Positions 17,318 to 24,000 of a stretch of 24,000 nucleotides of DNA are shown piece by piece (position 1 is the stretch's first letter; every line of letters begins with the position of its first letter). The position numbers and the translations under genes are program-made. Location: the NCBI GenBank assembly GCA_945865635.1, contig CAMBEP010000032.1, forward strand, positions 16,021 through 40,020. The letters are read 5' to 3'. Source of the DNA: Candidatus Kuenenia stuttgartensis (GTDB taxonomy: Bacteria > Planctomycetota > Planctomycetia > Isosphaerales > Isosphaeraceae). The notes under the pieces are model-generated. The model ran no database searches. It saw only the letters and a program-made list of their open reading frames with translations, and had not been told where the DNA came from.

Positions 17318-17374
17318 ATTTGCCTGGCTCTGGCTCACTGATTTAAAAATCAGCATATCTTGATCAAAAAAGCT

Positions 17375-17405
17375 GGGCGAGTTTCACCCTCGCCTGGTTT
17401 TTTTT
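17375..17405 (+). terminator. Rho-independent terminator downstream of the multicopper oxidase
   Basis: GGGCGAG-tttcacc-CTCGCCT stem followed by 'ggtttttttt'. Confidence 0.88.
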
Positions 17406-17520
17406 GCCCCGTTCCTCCTGGGCGATCACCAGTTCGTGGCAATTTTTGGTGGTTATGCCAGAAGATAAAGCGGCTGTTTTTTATCTAAGGTTGAGAGGTG
17501 GGATTTTATTTCGTCGGATT

Positions 17521-17538
17521 GCATTTGAAATCAAATGC
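17521..17538. repeat. Short inverted repeat
   Basis: GCATTTGA-aa-TCAAATGC, 8-bp perfect arms. Confidence 0.6.
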
Positions 17539-17641
17539 TGATTTTGATTAGAAAACAAAAGCATGAAGAAAAGGGGGCATGCTAAAATGCCATTAATTTA
17601 AGATGTAAAAACTTAAAAATGACTTATCACTGATTCGTTGG

Positions 17642-17876
17642 TCGTCCGGAATGAATACTGAGTCAGGCTTCGTACTGTAGCCGGAGGCTTCATAGCCTGT
17701 AGCCGGTGGTTGAAGAGCGCAAGCGACGACACCACCGGATCGCGATGCGACAGTTGATGTTGCACCCCAGCAGGGGTGCCAGCCAATTCTCCAGTTATAT
17801 ATTCGGTGGTATCGCTACGCTCAACCACCGGCTACAAGCTTATGATGCATCCGGTATCGTCCGGAATCGGATGCAT
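17642..17876. repeat. Nested palindromic REPIN/MITE-like element
   Basis: 16-bp perfect outer inverted repeats TGTAGCCGGTGGTTGA (17698-17713) and TCAACCACCGGCTACA (17821-17836). Each end is itself a hairpin (CCGGTGGT...ACCACCGG; CGGTGGT...ACCACCG), with a central GCACCCC-agca-GGGGTGC hairpin (17762-17779). TCGTCCGGAAT is directly repeated on both sides (17642-17652, 17857-17867), and there is an outer 9-bp hairpin ATGCATCCG...CGGATGCAT (17845-17876). Confidence 0.8.
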
Positions 17877-17965
17877 TAACGATTCGAAATTGTCTTAAAT
17901 CATTGTGTTATAAAAGTTTGTGCTTAACTTAATGGTATTTCAGAATGCCCCTTTTACCGCCATAG

Positions 17966-19066
17966 TCATAGCCCCAGCGCTGCCAGCCCCGGTTTTAGTG
18001 CCGCTTCGAGTTTTGACATGGTCTCGACCATCTCCGACTGGATCGCTGGCCAGTCTGTCTCGGGACTCCGGTAGCCGCCGCGTTCGATGACATGTTTGAT
18101 CCGGCAGGCCCGCTTGTTGTCGAGCCGCTCCCACGAAAGCGTTCCGCCAAACGCTTCCTCAATCCCATCTTTGCGGGCATGAAGCCGGTCAAAGATGCGT
18201 TTGTTTTCCAATGCGTCGCCACGGTCGATATAAAGTTCGGCAAGGCCGTATTCCTGGACGATCACGTAGTTGAAGCCTAGGCCCCGGGTTCCCGAGCTTG
18301 CGCCTAGCCAGTGATACGCTCCCGGTTTGATGTTGGCGTGGCGGGTGTGCCGGTTGCGAGCGATGGCGATCAACCCTTCCCAGAATTTCAGGCGCACATC
18401 GTATCGTTCCGCCCGCTTCTTGCGGCCCACCTGCTCCTTCTCCCGAAGCTGCACTTGATACTCGTTTGCTTCGGGGAGGGGGATGATCTGCTGGACATCG
18501 ATGAGCCGCTTTTCGCCGTTTAGGTAGGGGCACAGCCGCACGCACCGGATATCGATGTCCCGCTCGCGCAGCCAGAGTACGGCCGTGGTGAGTTCCTTGC
18601 CAAAATCTCCTGATACCAGCACGATACGCACATCGGGTGCGAACAATTCTTCGTCGGGCTCTTCCCACCCCAGAAAGGTGAGCATGCGTGTGCGGGCCTC
18701 TTCCGCCGCCTCGCCTATACGGGTCAGAAACTCTCCGTGGATTTGCTCGGCCCGCTCAAATGTCATCGCCGAAACCATGCTGGCGTAGCGAATGGCCTGA
18801 AGTTCCATGTGCCCGCCGTCGTTGGTTCGCTTTAATTCAATCACGACGAGGTTGGCCAGCAGGTCGATGGCCAGCAGGTCGATCCTACAGCGGCTGTCGT
18901 TCCAATCGCCGAACTCCTCGGTGAGCACATAGAGATCGTCGCCCAGCACGTTGATCTGTGTACGCAGCAGCCGTTGGAGGTCATCGCGCTCACGCACCTT
19001 CATATCGGCAAACGACGCTTGAGTGAGCGGCCGGAAGGCATCGGGAGTCATTTCGTAAAGTGGCAT
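17966..19066 (-). CDS. NucS-like/PD-(D/E)XK nuclease-domain protein with DUF4268-like C-terminus
   Basis: 'CRIDLLAIDLLANLVVIELKRTNDGGHMELQAIRYASMV' matches the D...ExK core and the DUF91/NucS-like pattern. The C-terminal half 'RLKFWEGLIAIARNRHTRHANIKPGAYHWLGASSGTRGLGFNYVI' is DUF4268-like. Confidence 0.7.
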   Translation of the reverse strand: MPLYEMTPDAFRPLTQASFADMKVRERDDLQRLLRTQINVLGDDLYVLTEEFGDWNDSRCRIDLLAIDLLANLVVIELKRTNDGGHMELQAIRYASMVSAMTFERAEQIHGEFLTRIGEAAEEARTRMLTFLGWEEPDEELFAPDVRIVLVSGDFGKELTTAVLWLRERDIDIRCVRLCPYLNGEKRLIDVQQIIPLPEANEYQVQLREKEQVGRKKRAERYDVRLKFWEGLIAIARNRHTRHANIKPGAYHWLGASSGTRGLGFNYVIVQEYGLAELYIDRGDALENKRIFDRLHARKDGIEEAFGGTLSWERLDNKRACRIKHVIERGGYRSPETDWPAIQSEMVETMSKLEAALKPGLAALGL

Positions 19067-19391
19067 GTTGTGCGTCCTGATTTATGATTTTGATGGTCGG
19101 CTGCGACGGCCATGCGAAAAAGGGGTCAGCAAAAAAGGACTATTCCACGCCTGTTCGGTACCGGGTTTGCAATGTGGCCTTGAAGGTTGTTTCTTGAAGT
19201 AATCCTTTGCATCGTGAAACACCTCGGCCCACACGTTACCACGATTAAGCTCATCTTAGCAGTATTCAGCGGCTGAAGCTCTGGAAGTTCTTGACATAAA
19301 TCAATTTCGCACAAAAACGGGCGACAATTCAATGAGAAAAGCAGAATGATCCGAATGCCCCTTTCTCTTCGATGGCGGATTCAGGCCGGTA

Positions 19392-20477
19392 CTAAATGGG
19401 CAATTTCCAGTCCGAGACATTTGCGGACAATGTGGCTGCATCGAGCTTCTTTCGCGACGCTCCCAATTCCCAAGGCGAAGGTCCCACAAATTCGCTTTTG
19501 ACTCCTTCGATCTGCATGAAACCATGCTGCCGATCAAGAGTCACCAGCGCGAAGAGCGAATCTTTATAGGGCACGGTGTATTTGATGTCAGGATGTTTTT
19601 TCATGATCTCCGGAGCATATCTGTTGTGGATAAACTCCGCTCCCAGCCAGTGGTAGGACATGCTATTGATCTGCGGGTAAATGATGCCATGGATCTGCTG
19701 CACGTAGTCTCGATGATGATGGCCGGAAAAACAGGCAATGACCTTGCCTTGCCCGGTTTTGAGCTTGGGTTGTTCCAGAATCGATCGGATCGAGGCCTGG
19801 TTGGCCACGCTCGCACCTTCACGTTCCAGGCCTTGATGAATGAAGACGACGGTGGGCCGTTGTGTGGCTTCCAGATCCTGACGCAACCAGTCTGCCTGTT
19901 CGTCGAGTACATATCGGTAATAGGGGGTTTGCCCAGGCCCCTTCTCGTTGCCGTCCAAAACGATGAAATGAATGCCATGCACATCGAATGAATCGTAGCG
20001 TTTTTTCATTCCCAGAAATGCCATCGTCTCTTCCGGAGTGAAGGCATATGCCTTGTCTGGTCGAATTTTGCCATCCCCGTCCATGTCGTGGTTGCCCAGA
20101 ACATGATGACGAGGACCGTCAAACCGATTCCAGATCTCCAGAAAGCCCTGATTCTCAGGAATCGGTATGCAGAAGTCTCCCAATTGAATGACAAAATCGG
20201 GTTTTAACTTGTTCATCCGGTCGACAAAAACACCCAGTCTTTCATCCGCATCGTGCATGACATCTTTGTGGACATCGGTCATCACACCGAATCGCACGGG
20301 ACGATCCGCTTCGTTGACCTGCTGCGGCTCAGCCAGGCAAGCGAGTTGCGGTATCATGAACATGGACGTGCTGCATGCCGCAGCACTGCTCTGTAGGAAT
20401 CTTCGGCGGGCGTTCATGGATTTCTTCATGACTTGTTCTGAGGGAGATGGTTCGATTTGAGATGTGTTCGGTTTCAT
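19392..20477 (-). CDS. TAT-exported metallophosphoesterase (calcineurin-like)
   Basis: Tat-like 'MNARRRFLQSSAAACSTSMFM'. Metallophosphoesterase motifs are 'GVMTDVHKD', 'VIQLGDFC', 'VLGNHDMD' and 'ACFSGHHHRDY'. Confidence 0.9.
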   Translation of the reverse strand: MKPNTSQIEPSPSEQVMKKSMNARRRFLQSSAAACSTSMFMIPQLACLAEPQQVNEADRPVRFGVMTDVHKDVMHDADERLGVFVDRMNKLKPDFVIQLGDFCIPIPENQGFLEIWNRFDGPRHHVLGNHDMDGDGKIRPDKAYAFTPEETMAFLGMKKRYDSFDVHGIHFIVLDGNEKGPGQTPYYRYVLDEQADWLRQDLEATQRPTVVFIHQGLEREGASVANQASIRSILEQPKLKTGQGKVIACFSGHHHRDYVQQIHGIIYPQINSMSYHWLGAEFIHNRYAPEIMKKHPDIKYTVPYKDSLFALVTLDRQHGFMQIEGVKSEFVGPSPWELGASRKKLDAATLSANVSDWKLPI

Positions 20478-20818
20478 GACGGCTCCTTTTGTTTTGTTTG
20501 GTTTTTTATCGTTTGATTGATGCGGGTTTTAAGTCGGCTGAACATCCAAAGGAAAAGTCGAGAGAGAGGATCAACGAGTTTGTCTGCATACTATTTAATC
20601 GACTTTCGAACCATTTGCAATGTAAGGCATTTTGTATTGTTCCAAAACCTGTATTTGAGCATCAGCATGGGGGCGACGCGTTTGGGAGCAAGGCCGTTAC
20701 CTTCTTGACTTGAAATCCAAAGAGGAATGCCTGGCTTCGTAAAAAAGTTTCATCGCCCTGCACTTCCTGTTGGTTATACTCCAAGCTATCGTTCGAGAAA
20801 AAAAAGGAGAGACCAAAG

Positions 20819-21973
20819 GTGATGGACTGGCTTGATGAGGCTTTGGGCGACCGCCGTGACCGTTCGCTCATGCGGCAACTGAGGGTCAGGCCAGTGGAGC
20901 GGGCCCGCGACTTTTCGTCGAACGATTACCTGGCTCTCAGGCATGATCCGCGATTGCATCAGGCGGGATTGGAGGCGGCCGGGGAATATGGGGCCGGGGC
21001 AGGATCAAGCCCTGCCGTGAGCGGCTGGACAAAGGCCCACGAGGCGCTCGCTTGCGAATTGACAGACTGGAAGTCGGCCGAGGCGGCCCTGCTCTTCACC
21101 TCTGGCTATGTTGCCAATCTTTCGACTGTGGCGGCCTTGGTGGGGGTGGGCGATGTGGTTTATGCCGACAGGCTTTCGCATGCATGTCTGATCGATGGCG
21201 CCAAGCTTTCAGGGGCTTTGCTGAGGGTCTTTCCGCACAATGATTCGAACCGTCTGGAATCGGCCATGAATCGCGATAAAGGTCGATATCGGCGACGATT
21301 GATCCTTACGGAGTCCGTTTTCAGTATGGATGGGGATCTTGCGCCGCTGAGGGATTTGGCGGATCTTGCCCAGCGGTTTGAGTCAATGCTTGCTGTGGAT
21401 GAAGCGCATGCGACCGGAGTTTTCCCGATCGATGGCAATGGTGCCGGTCTGGTGGAATCGCTTGATCTGGCCAGCCGGCCATTCCTGATTCGAATGGGAA
21501 CTTTGAGCAAGTCGATTGGGGTTCAGGGTGGGTATGTTGTGGGGTCACAAAAGTTGATCGACTGGCTGATTCAATCGGCCCGGGGCTGGATTTATTCCAC
21601 GGCCATATCGCCTTATCTGGCAGGTGCGGCGACCCGTTCGATCCAGATCATCCGCCAGGAACGCTGGCGTGGCATGCATGTCGTTCAGGCGGCGGGTGTT
21701 CTGCGTCAGGAACTGCTTTCGCGGGGGTGGCATGTATACTTGGGAGAATCGCCGATTGTGCCACTGATGCTGGGCCATGCAGAACTTGCCCTGAAGCTTG
21801 GCCAAGAGCTTGAGCACGCGGGGTTTGCCGTGGGCGTGATCCGCCCTCCAACGGTGCCCAGAAACACGGCCCGTCTGCGGATGAGTGTGCATGCCGACCA
21901 CTCGGTGGAGATGATCAGGGCTTTGGTTGAAGCCTTGGGGCCTAGTGATTTGGTGAGAAATACGGTAAATTAG
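20819..21973 (+). CDS. bioF: 8-amino-7-oxononanoate synthase-like PLP enzyme
   Basis: 'SNDYLALRHDPRL', 'GAGAGSSPAVSG', 'DRLSHACLIDGAKLSGA', 'AVDEAHATGVF' and the PLP-lysine region 'GTLSKSIGVQGGYVVG'. Confidence 0.88.
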   Translation: MMDWLDEALGDRRDRSLMRQLRVRPVERARDFSSNDYLALRHDPRLHQAGLEAAGEYGAGAGSSPAVSGWTKAHEALACELTDWKSAEAALLFTSGYVANLSTVAALVGVGDVVYADRLSHACLIDGAKLSGALLRVFPHNDSNRLESAMNRDKGRYRRRLILTESVFSMDGDLAPLRDLADLAQRFESMLAVDEAHATGVFPIDGNGAGLVESLDLASRPFLIRMGTLSKSIGVQGGYVVGSQKLIDWLIQSARGWIYSTAISPYLAGAATRSIQIIRQERWRGMHVVQAAGVLRQELLSRGWHVYLGESPIVPLMLGHAELALKLGQELEHAGFAVGVIRPPTVPRNTARLRMSVHADHSVEMIRALVEALGPSDLVRNTVN

Positions 21974-22029
21974 GGGCAAGTCAGAACACTTTTCAAGATC
22001 GGAATAAAGCGTCGTAAGTCCAGAGACAA

Positions 22030-22554
22030 ATGAATCCTCCCAAGCAAACACCAAGTCCTCGCGTGGCCGTCTTTACAGGCACATTTGATCCGCTGACACT
22101 GGGGCACCTGGATGTCATCAAGCGGGGGCGTCTGTTGTTTGACAAGCTGATTGTCGGGATCGGTATCAACCCAAGCAAGCAGCTTATGTTTTCTGTGGAA
22201 GAGCGGGTTGCTCTGGCCCGTCAGGTGGTGGCCGGGTTTGATAATGTTGCGGTGGAAGCCTTTGAAGGGCTGGCTGTGCAATATGTCCGAAGTATTGGTG
22301 CTGGAGTGATTTTACGCGGTGTGCGGACACTTTCCGACATGGAATATGAATTTGCCATGTCGCTGACCAACCAGCGTCTCGACCCCGGTGTCGAGACTGT
22401 CTTCTTGATGGCCGATGGCGAATACTCCCACGTATCAAGTTCATTGATTCGCCAGATTGCCACCTTTGGAGGCTGTGAATCGCTCGGGCTTTTCGTGCCC
22501 GAGATTTGTGTCCAGCCGATCCTGGAAAAATCCGGGCACATCAATCGATCGTAA
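22030..22554 (+). CDS. coaD: Phosphopantetheine adenylyltransferase
   Basis: 'AVFTGTFDPLTLGHLDVIKRG' (TxGH), 'SRLTNQRLDPGVETVFLMADGEYSHVSSSLIRQIATFGG'-like CoaD signature. Confidence 0.95.
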   Translation: MNPPKQTPSPRVAVFTGTFDPLTLGHLDVIKRGRLLFDKLIVGIGINPSKQLMFSVEERVALARQVVAGFDNVAVEAFEGLAVQYVRSIGAGVILRGVRTLSDMEYEFAMSLTNQRLDPGVETVFLMADGEYSHVSSSLIRQIATFGGCESLGLFVPEICVQPILEKSGHINRS

Positions 22555-22640
22555 ACGACCATCAATTGCGAGGATTGAGACCCGTTTTCTGCGCATTTTC
22601 ACAAGGGTCTGAAGGCTTTCCCCACCGCAACAGGGTGGGT

Positions 22641-24000
22641 TTATGACTCAGGCGTGAGTTGCTCTTCTGCCATTTGCAAGGCTTTGATCATGCCGCGGGC
22701 CTTGTTGACCGTTTCTTCGTATTCAGCGGCGGGGATGCTATCATAAACCACGCCACAGCCAGCCTGTATGTAGGCTTTGCCCGCATGCAGTACGAGTGTA
22801 CGAAGGGCGATACACATATCCATATTGCCTGAAAAATCAATGTAACCCACAGCGCCTCCGTAAGGGCCTCGTTTCTGGGGCTCCATTTCGTCGATCACTT
22901 CCATGGCCCGGATTTTGGGCGCTCCTGAGACGGTTCCGGCCGGTAGCCCACTGCGAAGGGCGTTGAATGCGTTCATTCCTTCGGCGAGTTTGCCGCTCAC
23001 GTTCGAGCTGATGTGCATTACATGCGAATACCGCTCAATGTGCATGACGTCTGAAAGTTCAACAGAGCCAAACTTTGCAACTCGACCGACATCATTCCTG
23101 CCGAGGTCGATCAGCATGATGTGTTCTGCACGCTCCTTGGGGTCGGCCAGCAGTTCCTGTTCCAGGGCCAGATCCTCAGCCTCGTCCCGACCACGCTTGC
23201 GAGTTCCAGCCAAAGGCCGGACGGTCATTTCACCATCCTCAACCCTTACAAGAATTTCCGGCGAACTACCGACCAGACTGAAGCCCTTCCACGGCAAGTA
23301 GAACAGAAACGGGCTTGGATTGACAATGCGGAGCGATCGGTAGACATCAAAGGGATGGGCCTTGGTCTCCATCTCAAATCGCTGGCTGGGAACGACCTGG
23401 AAGATGTCGCCCGCCCGTATGTATTCTTGGCAGCGCTGGACCATGGCTTCAAATTCGGGGCGTTCGAAGTTTGAGACAACATGACGGGTGGGCGGGCTGT
23501 CGGTGTCGACATCGGCAATCACCAGGGATGTTGCATTCGTCTGGACTGGGCTTGCCAGTTGGGCGACAACTTCGTCGATCCGCCGGGTGGCAGTTTCGTA
23601 GGCCTGTTGGGCTGGGATGTCGTCGGTCGTTTGGGCCAGAACAACGACCAGAACGGTCTTGCGGATATGATCAAAAATCACCATCCGGTCATAAAATCCG
23701 AAGGCCAGATCGGGGAGTCCACGGTCGTCGGGAGGGATGTTGGGCAGATGCTCTACATAACGCACCGAATCATAGCCAGCCATGCCCACAGCCCCGCCTA
23801 TGAAACGTGGCAAACCCTTTCTGAGGGAAACCTTATGCTTGTTGATCCACTTCTCAAGGGCGGCCAGAGGGTCGGGATCAGAGAATCGGGTCAGGACGCC
23901 GTCGCGATGATCCCTGATTTCGATTTCGAGGCCACGGGCCTCAAATTCGAGGAATGGATCGGTGCCCAGAAAACTATATCGACCCACCTTTTCGCCACCA
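22641..24000 (-). CDS. trpE: Anthranilate synthase component I, 5' end beyond the window
   Basis: 'DIFQVVPSQRFE', 'PSPFLFYLPWKGFSLVGSSPEILVRV', 'PLAGTRKRGRD', 'HIMLIDLGRNDVGRV', 'GTVSGAPKIRAMEVIDEMEPQKRGPYGGAVGY'. The ORF appears to run off the right edge. Confidence 0.95.
   Translation of the reverse strand, partial: GGEKVGRYSFLGTDPFLEFEARGLEIEIRDHRDGVLTRFSDPDPLAALEKWINKHKVSLRKGLPRFIGGAVGMAGYDSVRYVEHLPNIPPDDRGLPDLAFGFYDRMVIFDHIRKTVLVVVLAQTTDDIPAQQAYETATRRIDEVVAQLASPVQTNATSLVIADVDTDSPPTRHVVSNFERPEFEAMVQRCQEYIRAGDIFQVVPSQRFEMETKAHPFDVYRSLRIVNPSPFLFYLPWKGFSLVGSSPEILVRVEDGEMTVRPLAGTRKRGRDEAEDLALEQELLADPKERAEHIMLIDLGRNDVGRVAKFGSVELSDVMHIERYSHVMHISSNVSGKLAEGMNAFNALRSGLPAGTVSGAPKIRAMEVIDEMEPQKRGPYGGAVGYIDFSGNMDMCIALRTLVLHAGKAYIQAGCGVVYDSIPAAEYEETVNKARGMIKALQMAEEQLTPES

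Noticed and set aside
17613-17828. 71-aa ORF 'MVERSDTTEYITGELAGTPAG...'
   Set aside because: It lies on the palindromic element and its sequence follows the repeat units, so it is treated as translated repeat rather than a gene.
18189-18668. 159-aa ORF inside the NucS/DUF4268-like gene
   Set aside because: Alternative same-strand frame within a better supported 366-aa ORF.
20489-20713. 74-aa ORF on the minus strand upstream of the metallophosphoesterase
   Set aside because: No motif support; it partly overlaps another weak ORF on the opposite strand, in an intergenic region.
22621-22639. Short inverted repeat CCCACC/GGTGGG between convergent coaD and trpE
   Set aside because: A 6-bp stem with no real T-tract; too weak to call as a terminator with confidence.
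1-24000. CRISPR arrays, tRNA/rRNA, prophage or IS elements
   Set aside because: No regularly spaced repeats, no recognisable tRNA or rRNA sequence, and no transposase or phage structural proteins in the ORF track or by inspection.

Overview
This 24 kb window looks chromosomal and planctomycete-like, with mixed strands and mostly ordinary single genes. The planctomycete hints are a DUF1559-type pseudopilin, a PEP-CTERM protein, a HYExAFE-family protein, and a 'LEERL'-type N-terminal leader. Left to right I support: a Ser/Thr protein kinase; a small membrane protein; a DUF1559/prepilin-like protein; a minus-strand cluster of mcsB plus two McsA-like genes (protein-arginine phosphorylation); a PEP-CTERM protein; a FabF-like ketosynthase next to bioB; a 56-aa exported peptide gene absent from the ORF track; a HYExAFE-family protein; a YkgJ-like cysteine cluster protein; a SET-domain protein; a DUF6714-like protein; a PhoPQ-activated (PqaA-like) family protein; a multicopper oxidase fused to FG-GAP/VCBS-like sequence; a palindromic REPIN/MITE-like element; a NucS-like/DUF4268-type protein; a TAT-exported metallophosphoesterase; a bioF-like gene; coaD; and the 3' part of trpE. 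The observations most worth a second look are: (i) an in-frame amber codon separating an 80-aa leader from the intact copper-ligand-bearing oxidase ORF, (ii) the nested inverted-repeat element at ~17.64-17.88 kb, (iii) two tandem McsA-like genes with altered zinc ligands plus an McsB whose RDxxRA motif reads RNVLRA, and (iv) a perfect 13-bp-stem hairpin at 12498-12528. I found no CRISPR array, rRNA, tRNA or transposase, and no convincing complete novel multi-gene defence system.
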